From positions 45,459-109,458 of the forward strand of contig DASVUK010000146.1 in the NCBI GenBank assembly GCA_036387095.1: DNA of 64,000 bases, given 5' to 3'. Position 1 is the stretch's first letter. The number at the start of each line of letters is the position of its first letter. Under the pieces are notes generated by a model that was given only the letters and a program-made list of their open reading frames with translations, ran no database searches and was not told the DNA's origin. Source of the DNA: Pseudomonas sp. (GTDB lineage Bacteria; Pseudomonadota; Gammaproteobacteria; Pseudomonadales; Pseudomonadaceae). This document shows, one piece after another, positions 32,301-43,801 of this stretch. The position numbers and the translations under genes are program-made.

Positions 32301-33024
32301 CGGTTTGCGTAGCCGTCAGCACATAACCCTTGCCCCAGACCGTCTGCACCTGCCGCTCCAGATAGCCGATGGCTTTGAGTTTGCGGCGGATCTGGCTGAT
32401 ATGCATATCCAGGCTACGGTCGTGCTGAGCGTAGCCGCGCTGCAGTACGTGCTGATAAAGGAAGGGTTTGCTCAACACCTCTTCAGGGGTACGCCAAAGG
32501 GTTTCGAGCAGCCGATATTCGCTGCGGGTCAGGTCGCCACGACGCTGTTCAAAACTCACATCGCACAGCATCTCGTCGAACACCAGGGCCCGGTGTTCTT
32601 GCCCGGCAAGCCTGACCGGCATCGGGGCGTGTCGGCGTTCCAGGGCCACCCGGCGCAGAATCGCCTCAATGCGCACGCGCAATTCCGCCATGCTGAACGG
32701 CTTGGGCAGGTAATCGTCGGCGCCGTTGCGAAATCCGGTAATGCGGTCGGTTTCCGCGCCAAGGGCTGACATGAGGATCACGGGAAGGCTGTGACTGAGG
32801 CGCAAATGGGTCAGGATTTCCAGCCCGCTCATCCCCGGCAGCAGGATATCCATCAACACCACATCAAAGCGCTGGCTACGCGCCTGGGCGAGGCCTTGGC
32901 TGCCATTCTGCTGCCAGGTCACCCGAAAGCCACATCGACCCAGCTGCTCATGCACATAAGCGCCAAGCACCGGATCGTCTTCAATAATCAGGACGTTGGG
33001 ACGCTCAACGGATTCAGGATTCAT
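32293..33024 (-). CDS. pirR: OmpR-family response regulator, PirR/PfeR-like
   Basis: IEDD, LMDILLPG, GADDYLPKPF, DRSLDMH and TVWGKGY. Confidence 0.8.
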   Translation of the reverse strand: MNPESVERPNVLIIEDDPVLGAYVHEQLGRCGFRVTWQQNGSQGLAQARSQRFDVVLMDILLPGMSGLEILTHLRLSHSLPVILMSALGAETDRITGFRNGADDYLPKPFSMAELRVRIEAILRRVALERRHAPMPVRLAGQEHRALVFDEMLCDVSFEQRRGDLTRSEYRLLETLWRTPEEVLSKPFLYQHVLQRGYAQHDRSLDMHISQIRRKLKAIGYLERQVQTVWGKGYVLTATQTDD

Positions 33025-33032
33025 TATCTTTC

Positions 33033-33051
33033 GCGATTAATTCTCAATCGC
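33033..33051 (-). promoter_or_regulatory. Putative Fur box upstream of pirR
   Basis: GCGATTGAGAATTAATCGC on the minus strand, 11/19 match to GATAATGATAATCATTATC, quasi-palindromic. Confidence 0.5.
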
Positions 33052-33241
33052 CGATTATTCAAGATTGACGAGCGATGAGCAAGCGGGCCGACGCCGTTGG
33101 CGTATGCAGCTCCATGCCAGAGACCGTGCGCGTTAAGATGCAGCCATGACCACCGGGCAAAATCGCTACACTGCTTCAGTTGGCGTGCGCCGATGGTGAA
33201 TCGAACGATCAGGATGATCCTGGCCTGCTGGAGATAGAAGC

Positions 33242-35995
33242 GTGCTGAACAAGCTGGGCATCAAAGGCCGTGTACTGCTGCTGACCATCCTGCCCGCCAC
33301 CCTGATGGCGGCGGTGCTGGGCGGGTACTTCACATGGATGCAGGTGCATGACCTGCAAAACCAGTTGCTGCAACGCGGGGAAATGATCGCTCAGGATTTG
33401 GCGCCGCTGGCCGCACCCGCGCTGGGTCGCACCGACAAAGTGCTGCTCGAACGCATGGCCGTCCAGGCGCTGGAGCAGGCGGACGTGCGTTCGGTGACTT
33501 TCCTGAGCCCGGATCGGGATGTCCTGGCCCATGCCGGGCCGAGCATGATCAACGAACCGCCCTTGGGCAGCGGGACGCAACTGCTTCAACGCTCGGGGCA
33601 CGATGCCACGCGTTATCTATTACCGGTATTTGGGCGCCAACGCCATTTGACCGGCGCCCTGGTGCCCGCAGAAGCCGATCAATTACTGGGTTGGGTGGAA
33701 CTGGAGCTTTCACACACCGGGACCTTGCTGCGCGCTTATCGCAGCATGTTTGCCAGCCTGTTGCTGATTGCTGCCGGCCTGGCGTTGACCGCCATGCTCG
33801 CGCTGCGCATCAGCCGCACAATCAATGTGCCCATCAGCCGCATCAAACAGGCCGTGGCGCAACTCAAGGACGGCAATCTGGAAACGCGACTGCCGCCACT
33901 GGGCAGTCTGGAGCTGGACGAACTGGCATCTGGCATCAATCGCATGGCGGCCACCTTGCAGAATGCCCAGGAAGAATTGCAACACAGCGTTGACCAGGCC
34001 ACCGAGGACGTTCGGCAGAATCTGGAAACCATCGAAATCCAGAATATCGAGCTGGACCTGGCGCGCAAGGAAGCCCTGGAAGCAAGTCGCATCAAGTCCG
34101 AATTCCTGGCCAACATGAGCCATGAAATCCGCACGCCGCTCAACGGGATTCTGGGTTTCACCCACTTGTTGCAGAAAAGCGAGCTGACGCCGCGCCAGTT
34201 CGATTACCTGGGCACCATTGAAAAATCCGCCGACAGCCTGTTAAGCATCATCAACGAGATTCTCGACTTCTCGAAAATCGAGGCCGGCAAGCTGGTGCTG
34301 GACAATGTGCCGTTCAATCTACGCGACCTGCTGCAAGACACCCTGACCATTCTCGCCCCCGCCGCTCACGCCAAGCAGCTTGAACTGGTAAGTCTGGTGT
34401 ATCGCGACACGCCATTGTCGTTGCTGGGTGATCCGCTGCGGCTCAAGCAAATCATGACCAATCTGGTGAGCAACGCCATCAAGTTCACCCGCGAAGGCAC
34501 CATCGTTGCCCGCGCCATGGTCGAAGACGAAAACGAAGACAGCGCGCAATTGCGCATCAGCGTGCAGGACACCGGTATCGGTCTTTCCAGCCAGGATGTG
34601 CGGGCACTGTTCCAGGCATTCAGCCAGGCAGACAACTCCCTGTCGCGCCAGCCCGGCGGCACCGGCCTGGGACTGGTGATTTCCAAGCGCCTGATCGAGC
34701 AGATGGGTGGCGAGATCGGCGTGGACAGCACGCCCGGTGAAGGCTCCGAATTCTGGATCAGCCTGAACCTGCCCAAGGCCCGGGACGATATCGAAGACTT
34801 GCCGGCGCTGCCGCTGCTGGGTTTGCGGGTCGCGGTGCTGGAACATCACGATCTGGCGCGCCAGGCGCTGGAGCATCAGCTTGAGGACTGCGGCCTGGAA
34901 ACCCTGGCGTTCAATAACCTGGAAAACCTGCTCAATGGCGTAACCGCTGCGCACCAGACGCCTGCGGCCATCAGCCTCGCGGTGCTGGGCATCACCGCCC
35001 ACGAACTGCCGCCGGAGCGTTTGCGCCAGCACATCTGGGACCTGGAAAACCTCGGTTGCAAGGTTCTGGTGCTGTGCCCGACCACCGAACAGGCGCTCTT
35101 CCAGCTTTCCGTGCCGGACATTTATACCCAACTGCAAGCCAAGCCGGTGTGCACCCGCAAACTGCGCCGCACGCTGTCTGAGCTGATCATGCCCAAGGTC
35201 ATTCGCAGCGATACCCAGGAACCACTGTCCAGCCGACCACCGCGCTTGCTCTGCGTGGACGACAACCCGGCGAATCTGCTGCTGGTACAGACACTGCTCG
35301 AAGACATGGGCGCGCAAGTGGTGGCGGTCGACAGTGGTTATGCCGCGCTGCAAGCGGTGCAGACCGACACGTTCGATCTGGTGTTGATGGACGTGCAGAT
35401 GCCAGGAATGGATGGTCGTCAGGCCACCGAAGCCATTCGGGCATGGGAAAACGAACGCCAGAGTACATCGCTGCCCATCGTCGCCCTCACAGCACACGCC
35501 ATGGCCAACGAAAAACGTGCCCTGCTGCAAAGCGGCATGGACGACTACCTGACCAAGCCGATCAGCGAGCGGCAACTGGCGCAAGTAGTGCTCAAGTGGA
35601 CCGGGCTGGCCCTGCGCAATCAGATGCCGGAGCCCCGTACCGAGAAAGCCCGAGGCAGCGCGGACCTGGATGTTCTGGACCATGAAGAAGGCCTGCGCCT
35701 GGCCGCCGGCAAGCCTGACCTGGCGGCTGACATGCTGGCCATGCTGCTGGCGTCTCTGGAAAGCGACCGTGAAGCGATCCGCACGGCACGTGAAAACGGG
35801 GATCAAGCCGGCCTGATCGAAAGAGTCCATCGCTTGCACGGTGCGACTCGGTATTGTGGCGTTCCCCAATTGCGTGCGGCATGTCAACGCAGCGAAACGC
35901 TGCTCAAGCAAAATGCCCCGGAAGTCCATGACGCCCTCGACACGCTGGAGAACGCCATTAATCGCCTGACTATCGAGGCGCGAGTGAGTGCATGA
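33242..35995 (+). CDS. gacS: Hybrid sensor histidine kinase GacS
   Basis: 917 aa; HAMP, FLANMSHEIRTPLNG, GGTGLGL, receiver LMDVQMP and Hpt VHRLHGATRYCG. Confidence 0.96.
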   Translation: MLNKLGIKGRVLLLTILPATLMAAVLGGYFTWMQVHDLQNQLLQRGEMIAQDLAPLAAPALGRTDKVLLERMAVQALEQADVRSVTFLSPDRDVLAHAGPSMINEPPLGSGTQLLQRSGHDATRYLLPVFGRQRHLTGALVPAEADQLLGWVELELSHTGTLLRAYRSMFASLLLIAAGLALTAMLALRISRTINVPISRIKQAVAQLKDGNLETRLPPLGSLELDELASGINRMAATLQNAQEELQHSVDQATEDVRQNLETIEIQNIELDLARKEALEASRIKSEFLANMSHEIRTPLNGILGFTHLLQKSELTPRQFDYLGTIEKSADSLLSIINEILDFSKIEAGKLVLDNVPFNLRDLLQDTLTILAPAAHAKQLELVSLVYRDTPLSLLGDPLRLKQIMTNLVSNAIKFTREGTIVARAMVEDENEDSAQLRISVQDTGIGLSSQDVRALFQAFSQADNSLSRQPGGTGLGLVISKRLIEQMGGEIGVDSTPGEGSEFWISLNLPKARDDIEDLPALPLLGLRVAVLEHHDLARQALEHQLEDCGLETLAFNNLENLLNGVTAAHQTPAAISLAVLGITAHELPPERLRQHIWDLENLGCKVLVLCPTTEQALFQLSVPDIYTQLQAKPVCTRKLRRTLSELIMPKVIRSDTQEPLSSRPPRLLCVDDNPANLLLVQTLLEDMGAQVVAVDSGYAALQAVQTDTFDLVLMDVQMPGMDGRQATEAIRAWENERQSTSLPIVALTAHAMANEKRALLQSGMDDYLTKPISERQLAQVVLKWTGLALRNQMPEPRTEKARGSADLDVLDHEEGLRLAAGKPDLAADMLAMLLASLESDREAIRTARENGDQAGLIERVHRLHGATRYCGVPQLRAACQRSETLLKQNAPEVHDALDTLENAINRLTIEARVSA

Positions 35996-36062
35996 CTCGT
36001 AGCCCTTCCAGCTCACTCCCCCGGTTTTTTGCTCCCGAACTGACACCAAGGAACACCCATTC

Positions 36063-37052
36063 ATGCACACCCTGATTTTCAGCAGCCAGAGCTACGACCG
36101 TGAAAGCTTTCTCGGGGCGAACCTGCCGGCCGAGGTGAAACTGCACTTTCAACCGGCACGCCTGACGGTGGAAACCGCCCCGCTGGCTGACAAGCATCCG
36201 GTGGTGTGCGCCTTCATCAACGATGATTTGAGCGCGCCAGTGTTGGAACGCCTGGCTGCGGGCGGCACCCGGCTTATCGCATTGCGCTCGGCAGGTTACA
36301 ACCACGTCGATCTGCCCGCCGCGCAAAAGCTGGGCATCAGCGTGGTTCGCGTACCCGCCTATTCGCCCCATGCCGTGGCCGAGCACGCCGTCGCGTTGAT
36401 CCTGGCGCTCAATCGTCATCTGCATCGCGCCTACAACCGCACCCGCGAAGGGGATTTCAGCCTGCACGGCCTGACCGGTTTCGATCTCAAGGGCAAGACC
36501 GTCGGCATCGTCGGCACCGGACAGATAGGCGCAACATTCGCCAGGATCATGGCGGGCTTCGGCTGCAAATTGCTGGCATTCGACCCGTACCCGAATCCGC
36601 AAGTCCAGGCGCTGGGCGCCGAGTATCTGAGCCTGCCGCAATTGCTGGCCCAGGCGCAGATCGTCAGCCTGCACTGCCCGCTCACCGAGCACACCAAACA
36701 CCTTATAAATGAAACGTCGCTGGCGACCATGCAATCCGGCGCGATGCTGATCAATACCGGACGCGGCGCGCTGGTCGATACTCCGGCATTGATCGAGTCG
36801 CTCAAAAGCGGACAACTGGGGTATCTGGGCCTGGACGTGTATGAGGAAGAAGCGCTGCTGTTCTTCGAAGACCGCTCCGACCTGCCACTGCAAGACGATG
36901 TTCTCGCCCGGCTGCTGACCTTTCCCAACGTGATCATTACCGCTCACCAGGCGTTCCTGACGCAGGAAGCGCTGGGTGCCATCGCGCAAACCACCCTGGA
37001 CAACATCGCCGCCTGGGCCAGGGGCGCTGCGCAGAATCTGGTGGTCGGTTAA
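36063..37052 (+). CDS. ldhA: NAD-dependent D-lactate dehydrogenase
   Basis: LRSAGYNHVD, VPAYSP, GTGQIG, INTGRG, LDVYEEE and TAHQAF. Confidence 0.92.
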   Translation: MHTLIFSSQSYDRESFLGANLPAEVKLHFQPARLTVETAPLADKHPVVCAFINDDLSAPVLERLAAGGTRLIALRSAGYNHVDLPAAQKLGISVVRVPAYSPHAVAEHAVALILALNRHLHRAYNRTREGDFSLHGLTGFDLKGKTVGIVGTGQIGATFARIMAGFGCKLLAFDPYPNPQVQALGAEYLSLPQLLAQAQIVSLHCPLTEHTKHLINETSLATMQSGAMLINTGRGALVDTPALIESLKSGQLGYLGLDVYEEEALLFFEDRSDLPLQDDVLARLLTFPNVIITAHQAFLTQEALGAIAQTTLDNIAAWARGAAQNLVVG

Positions 37053-37106
37053 CAGCCACAGCGCGCCTCGAACGCATGTTAGGATGCGCGCCATTTGGAG
37101 GACTCC

Positions 37107-37544
37107 ATGGCCGAACACGACTTTCGCTACAGCATGCTCAACCCGCAGCACACACTCACCGAGTGCCGCACCCTGGCACCCGGGCGCTATCAAGTCACCG
37201 GTAACGGCGGCTCGATTCATAACAACGATCAACTACTGGTCACTATCAAGGGCAGCAAAACCCTGCACATGCGCCTGATCGTCGAGAAGGTTCGGCACTT
37301 GATCAACCCGCCCGGCCAATGGATTGCCGTGGCCAGCGGCCCGGTGTTCGACGAACTGGCGATCCACCAGTGGAAGGTGAACTGCGACAGCTGCGCCACA
37401 GTGTTGGACTTCGAGTTCATGGTTGATGCCAAGCTGGGCGTTTCAGCGCAGAAGCCCGCCGCAGCGGCGCGCATTGCCGAACTGGGTTGGAAGACCGTTG
37501 GCGAGAAGCATCTGTGCAAGAAGTGCCAGGAGAAAGCCGCATGA
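37107..37544 (+). CDS. Hypothetical protein with a C-terminal Zn-ribbon-like motif
   Basis: GGAGG RBS; CDSC ... HLCKKC; ATGA overlap with the next gene. Confidence 0.75.
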   Translation: MAEHDFRYSMLNPQHTLTECRTLAPGRYQVTGNGGSIHNNDQLLVTIKGSKTLHMRLIVEKVRHLINPPGQWIAVASGPVFDELAIHQWKVNCDSCATVLDFEFMVDAKLGVSAQKPAAAARIAELGWKTVGEKHLCKKCQEKAA

Positions 37545-37945
37545 AACAGCTCGCTTTCCTGGGGCTGATGATGGGCGCGCTGCTGGTCGGTTGTGCCGCT
37601 CAGCCGCTGCCTATCAAACAGGATCAAAGCTACGTGCTGGAATGGATCGGCGAACGGCCGCTGATCGACAGCAGCCATTTGACCATGACCCTCGGCGCGG
37701 ACGGTCGCGCCTATGGCACGGCAGGCTGCAACCATTGGTTCGCGCCCTACACGCTGGATGACAAGAGCATCAACTTCGGCACCGTGGGCAGCACCCGCAA
37801 ACGCTGCGCCCCGGCACTGATGGAACAGGAGCAGCGTTTCCTGCAAGCACTGGATAAAGTCCAGCGCTGGGACATTTCCCCCATTGATCAACTGCGCCTG
37901 TGGCCCGCCGAAGGCAAGCCGCTACGGTTTTGGGAAGAGAGCTGA
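37541..37945 (+). CDS. META (HslJ-like) domain lipoprotein
   Basis: LVGC lipobox, GTAGCNHW, STRKRC and MEQE..FL. Confidence 0.88.
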   Translation: MKQLAFLGLMMGALLVGCAAQPLPIKQDQSYVLEWIGERPLIDSSHLTMTLGADGRAYGTAGCNHWFAPYTLDDKSINFGTVGSTRKRCAPALMEQEQRFLQALDKVQRWDISPIDQLRLWPAEGKPLRFWEES

Positions 37946-38001
37946 CAAGCCATCGCGTTCATCAAAACAAATTGCTGACTTGAATATATGTTCTGAGGGC
38001 C

Positions 38002-38469
38002 CTAGCCCTCACCACGCAATGCCTTCAACTTGGCCGCCACACCCGCCGCCGTCTGTTCGCCCAGCAGTTGCTCACGCAGTTTGCCCTTGTCGTCGATGAT
38101 GTACGTCACTGGCAAAGCTTCGCTGGTTGGCAGTTCGTAACGCTCAGCCGGGTCCTGGGCCAAAACGGTGAACTTGATACCCAGCGCCTGGGTGGCGGTT
38201 TTCAGGTTTTCGCCTTGCAGATTGTCGAAGTTGACACCCAGCACGCTGACCTTCTGGTCCTTGAGTTGTTCGGACAGCGCGTTGAGTTCCGGGATTTCCG
38301 TGCGACACGGGCCACACCATTCAGCCCAGTAATTGATGACCAGCCAATGTTTGTCGATTTGATTGCTCGCCACTTTCCGGCCGTTCTGGTCCACGCCCAG
38401 ATCCGCGCCACAACCCCCTAGGAGCAGGCTGCCAACCATCATCACCATCGCTGCCAATCGCCTTGTCAT
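38002..38469 (-). CDS. TlpA-family thiol:disulfide oxidoreductase lipoprotein
   Basis: NYWAEWCGPC..EIPEL, LPVTY and LGGC lipobox. Confidence 0.9.
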   Translation of the reverse strand: MTRRLAAMVMMVGSLLLGGCGADLGVDQNGRKVASNQIDKHWLVINYWAEWCGPCRTEIPELNALSEQLKDQKVSVLGVNFDNLQGENLKTATQALGIKFTVLAQDPAERYELPTSEALPVTYIIDDKGKLREQLLGEQTAAGVAAKLKALRGEG

Positions 38470-38586
38470 GCTCTCCCCCTTTGCATCGAATCGAAGCCAA
38501 ACCTGCGACCGATCACCACCCCATGTTCAGCCGGTGCCATCACACGGGTAGAATAGCCGCCTCCTTACGCAAGATGCGATCTGCAA

Positions 38587-39951
<1,365 letters not shown>

Positions 39952-39982
39952 GGTGTACCCAGACCCGTGCGTTGGAGCATGA

Positions 39983-40654
39983 ATGCAAGACTACAAATGG
40001 CTGAACGAGTATTGCCTGAACCGTTTCGGCTCGGCAAAAGCCCTGGAAGCACACCTGCCGACGCCCAAGACCGAGAAACAGCTGCAAGCCATCAGCGCCG
40101 ACCGTTACCTGTCGACCATGGCCCTACGGGTATTTCGTGCCGGCTTGAAGCACAGCCTGGTGGACTCCAAATGGCCGGCCTTCGAAGAAGTGTTCTACCG
40201 CTTTGACCCGGAAAAAGTCGTGCTGATGGGCGCCGATCATCTGGAGCGCCTGATGCAGGATGCGCGGATCATCCGCCATCTGGGCAAGCTCAAGAGCGTG
40301 CCGCGCAATGCCCAGCTGATTCTGGACATCGAGCAGGAACACGGCAGTTTCGGCAAATTCATCGCCCAATGGCCGGTGGATGACATCACCGGACTGTGGC
40401 AATACATCGCCAAACACGGCAATCAGATGGGCGGGCTCTCCACTCCGCGCTTCCTGCGCATGGTGGGCAAAGACACCTTCATCCCGACCTGGGACGTGGT
40501 GGCGGCCCTGAATGCCCAGAAAATTGTCGACAAAGTGCCCACCAGCAAGCGCGATCAGGCCATCGTGCAGCAGGTATTCAATCAGTGGCACGCCGAAAGC
40601 GGCCGACCGTTGTGCCAGTTATCGGCGATGCTGGCATTTACCGTGAACCACTGA
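39983..40654 (+). CDS. DNA-3-methyladenine glycosylase I-like protein
   Basis: VFRAGL, KWPAFEEVF..FDP, IIRHLGK and RFLRMVGKD. Confidence 0.8.
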   Translation: MQDYKWLNEYCLNRFGSAKALEAHLPTPKTEKQLQAISADRYLSTMALRVFRAGLKHSLVDSKWPAFEEVFYRFDPEKVVLMGADHLERLMQDARIIRHLGKLKSVPRNAQLILDIEQEHGSFGKFIAQWPVDDITGLWQYIAKHGNQMGGLSTPRFLRMVGKDTFIPTWDVVAALNAQKIVDKVPTSKRDQAIVQQVFNQWHAESGRPLCQLSAMLAFTVNH

Positions 40655-40695
40655 TTTTCCGGGGCAAGCACACAGAAGCGCTCGGCATCGCGCGC

Positions 40696-40709
40696 TTCGT
40701 ATACCATAT
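40696..40709. promoter_or_regulatory. Candidate GntR operator, copy 1
   Basis: TTCGTATACCATAT upstream of the GntR gene; similar to 46051 and 52040. Confidence 0.5.
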
Positions 40710-40739
40710 CCGCCAGTCACCCCAACATGAGCCATCCGC

Positions 40740-41423
40740 GTGCCCCTTCTCCTGCCAGACGCCCCTAACCTCGGTGTCGCCCCTTCGGCGTCCGAGGTGA
40801 TTGCCAAACATTTGCGCGAAGCCATTATTTCCGGGCATTTCGCCGAAGACGAGCCTATCCGTCAAGACGACATCGCCAAGGTGTTCAACGTCAGCAAAAT
40901 ACCGGTACGCGAAGCCCTCAAGCGTCTGGAAGCCGAAGGTCTGGTGCAGTTCCAGCGCAACAAGGGCGCGGTGGTCACGCGGATTTCCGAGCCGGAGCTG
41001 GCGCAGATTTTCGAAGTCCGGGTGCTGCTGGAGGTTCAGGCGATTCGTCTGGCGGTGCCGAAAATGACCCAAGAGCACATCAATCGGGCGCTGGCCATCT
41101 GTGATGAGTTCATGACCGACGACAACGTCGGACGCTGGGCTGAACTCAACTGGGCTTTTCATACATGCCTGTACGAAGCCGCCGAGCGACCGTTTCTGCT
41201 CAACCTGATTCGCTCGATCCATGACAAGGTCGAACGCTACCTGCGCCTGCAGATGAGTTTTGCCGAAGGCAAGTTGCGCGCCGACCAGGAACACCGGGAA
41301 ATCCTTCAGGCCTGTGCCGATCGCGACGTGGACAAAGCCGCCGAACTGATCGACCACCACATCATCGGTGTGTGCCGCGAGCTTTACGCTCACTTGCCCA
41401 ACGAGTCCATTCGCGAAGTCTGA
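40740..41423 (+). CDS. GntR/FCD-family transcriptional regulator
   Basis: [27 protein letters not shown] wHTH, then FCD domain (NWAFH, EHREI). Confidence 0.92.
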   Translation: MPLLLPDAPNLGVAPSASEVIAKHLREAIISGHFAEDEPIRQDDIAKVFNVSKIPVREALKRLEAEGLVQFQRNKGAVVTRISEPELAQIFEVRVLLEVQAIRLAVPKMTQEHINRALAICDEFMTDDNVGRWAELNWAFHTCLYEAAERPFLLNLIRSIHDKVERYLRLQMSFAEGKLRADQEHREILQACADRDVDKAAELIDHHIIGVCRELYAHLPNESIREV

Positions 41424-41521
41424 GGCTGTGCCGATTTCGTCATCGGCACGGGCGAAATCCTTCAAGACCGCCCGCACCGGCAACGTCACCCTGTAGCTGT
41501 CTTTCAACGGCAGGTGACCTG

Positions 41522-42454
41522 ATGAAACGCATCCGCATCCTTGACTCCCACACCGGCGGCGAACCGACGCGGTTGGTGCTGGAAGGCTTCCCCGAGCTGG
41601 GCACCGGCAGCATGGCGCAACGCCGTCAATTGCTCGCTGAGCTGCACGATAACTGGCGCGCTGCCACCGTGCTGGAACCGCGAGGCAGTGATGTGCTGGT
41701 GGGCGCGCTGCTCTGCGAGCCCGTCGATCCCGACGCGTGTGCGGGGGTGATTTTCTTCAATAACAGCGGCTATCTGGGCATGTGCGGCCACGGCACCATT
41801 GGCCTGGTGGTTTCCCTTGCGCATCTGGGTCGCATCACGGCGGGCGTGCATCGCATCGAAACGCCAGTGGGCATGGTAGAGGCCACATTGCACGAAGACG
41901 GCTCGGTCAGCGTGCAGAATGTGCCGTCTTATCGGTTTCGCAAAGCCGTGAGCGTCGAAGTGCCGGGCATTGGCAGCGTCACGGGTGATATTGCCTGGGG
42001 CGGCAACTGGTTTTTCCTGATTGCCGAACACGGTCTGACCATCGGCAGCGACAACCTGGAAGCGCTGACGGCCTATACCTGGGCGGTGCGTCAGGCCCTG
42101 GAATCGCAACGCATCCTGGGCGAAGACGGCGGCGAAATCGATCACATCGAGCTATTCGCCGGGGACGACACAGCCGACAGCCGCAACTTCGTACTCTGCC
42201 CCGGCAAAGCCTACGACCGTTCGCCGTGCGGCACTGGCACCAGCGCCAAGCTGGCGTGTCTGGCGGCAGATGGCAAACTCGCGCCGGGGCAGATCTGGCG
42301 GCAGGCCAGCGTGATCGGCAGCCAGTTCGAAGGCTCTTATCAATGGCAAGGCGAGCGTGTGATTCCGACCATTCGCGGCCGCGCCCACATCAGTGCCGAA
42401 GCGACACTGCTGCTGGCCAGCGACGACCCGTTCGCCTGGGGCATTCGCCCGTGA
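41522..42454 (+). CDS. lhpA: 4-hydroxyproline 2-epimerase
   Basis: [16 protein letters not shown] and YDRSPCGTG (Cys/Cys dyad) in a Hyp gene cluster. Confidence 0.92.
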   Translation: MKRIRILDSHTGGEPTRLVLEGFPELGTGSMAQRRQLLAELHDNWRAATVLEPRGSDVLVGALLCEPVDPDACAGVIFFNNSGYLGMCGHGTIGLVVSLAHLGRITAGVHRIETPVGMVEATLHEDGSVSVQNVPSYRFRKAVSVEVPGIGSVTGDIAWGGNWFFLIAEHGLTIGSDNLEALTAYTWAVRQALESQRILGEDGGEIDHIELFAGDDTADSRNFVLCPGKAYDRSPCGTGTSAKLACLAADGKLAPGQIWRQASVIGSQFEGSYQWQGERVIPTIRGRAHISAEATLLLASDDPFAWGIRP

Positions 42455-43572
42455 CGGCGGAGCGCGCCGCCGATGTGATCATCATCGGTGGCGGGATTAT
42501 CGGCGCGGCCTGCGCAGATGAACTCGCCAGTCGCGGCCTCGATGTGTTGGTGCTCGATGGCAATCGACCGGCCGCCACGGCGGCGGGCATGGGCCATCTG
42601 GTGGTGCTGGACGACAATCCCGACGAGCTGGCCCTGAGCGACTATTCCGTGCGAGCGTGGCGTGAACTGGCCCCGCAACTTCCCGACGATTGCGCCATGC
42701 GCACCAACGGCACGCTGTGGCTGGCCTGCAACGCCGAAGAAATGGACGCCGCCCAGGCCAAGCAACGCACCTTGCAGGATTACGGCATGAGCTGCGAGAT
42801 GCTCAACGCACAGGCCGTCGCCGACGCGGAACCTGCCTTGCGCAGCGGTTTGCACGGCGCGCTGAAAGTCAGCGGCGACGGCATTCTCTACGCGCCCAAC
42901 GCTGCGCGCTGGTTGCTGCAACGTCACGGCCCACGCATCCGCCAGCAAACGGCGCAAGTCATCGAGGTTCAGGGCAATCGCTTGCGTCTGGCCGATGGCC
43001 AATGGCTAAGCGCCACGGCGGTGGTGCTGGCCAATGGCATTTATGCCCGCGAACTGTGCCCGGACCTGCCGCTGCACGCCAAGAAAGGTCACTTGCTGAT
43101 CACCGATCGCTATCCCGTACAGATCACTCACACCCTGGTGGAACTGGGCTACGTCACCAGCGCCCACAATGCGACAGGCCCTTCCGTCGCGTTCAACGTG
43201 CAACAGCGGCCCACCGGTCAGCTGTTCGTAGGTTCTTCCCGGCAATTCGACAATCAAGACGTCGAAGTGGAAGGCTGGATGCTGGGCCGTATGTTGCGCC
43301 GTGCCTGCGAATTCCTGCCGGGATTGCAGCAGATGACGGCGATTCGCAGCTGGACCGGCTTTCGCGCCGCCAGCCCGGACGGCCTGCCGTTGATCGGCGA
43401 ACATCCCCATCAGCCCGGCTTGTGGCTGGCGATCGGCCATGAAGGGTTAGGGGTCACCACTGCGCCCGGCACGGCAAGGCTGTTGGCGGCGCAACTGCTG
43501 CGCACGCCTGCGCCGTTGCCGCTTGACGCTTATCTGCCGCAACGCTTCATTGGAGCAGTCGCCCATGCCTGA
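42451..43572 (+). CDS. lhpB: D-hydroxyproline dehydrogenase beta subunit (DAO-like FAD protein)
   Basis: [25 protein letters not shown] and GHEGLGVT; GTGA overlap with lhpA. Confidence 0.85.
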   Translation: MTAERAADVIIIGGGIIGAACADELASRGLDVLVLDGNRPAATAAGMGHLVVLDDNPDELALSDYSVRAWRELAPQLPDDCAMRTNGTLWLACNAEEMDAAQAKQRTLQDYGMSCEMLNAQAVADAEPALRSGLHGALKVSGDGILYAPNAARWLLQRHGPRIRQQTAQVIEVQGNRLRLADGQWLSATAVVLANGIYARELCPDLPLHAKKGHLLITDRYPVQITHTLVELGYVTSAHNATGPSVAFNVQQRPTGQLFVGSSRQFDNQDVEVEGWMLGRMLRRACEFLPGLQQMTAIRSWTGFRAASPDGLPLIGEHPHQPGLWLAIGHEGLGVTTAPGTARLLAAQLLRTPAPLPLDAYLPQRFIGAVAHA

Positions 43573-43801
43573 ACTGATTATCGATGGCCGCTCACTGGAC
43601 GTCGTTTCCGGGACGACCGTCGCCGCAGCGCTGGCCCTGATCGGCGACGGTTGCAGCCGCACCTCCGTGACCGGCCAGCGACGCGCACCGTTGTGCGGCA
43701 TGGGTATTTGTCAGGAGTGTCGCGTCACCGTCGACGGCAAACGCCGCCTGGCCTGTCAGACGCTGTGCCGTGATGGCATGCATGTGGAGACATTACCGTG
43801 A
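43565..43801 (+). CDS. D-hydroxyproline dehydrogenase small [2Fe-2S] subunit
   Basis: CGMGICQEC ... LAC ferredoxin motif. Confidence 0.85.
   Translation: MPELIIDGRSLDVVSGTTVAAALALIGDGCSRTSVTGQRRAPLCGMGICQECRVTVDGKRRLACQTLCRDGMHVETLP

Noticed and set aside
34319-36070. 583-aa antisense ORF over gacS
   Set aside because: Shadow frame of a GC-biased gene; no recognisable motifs.
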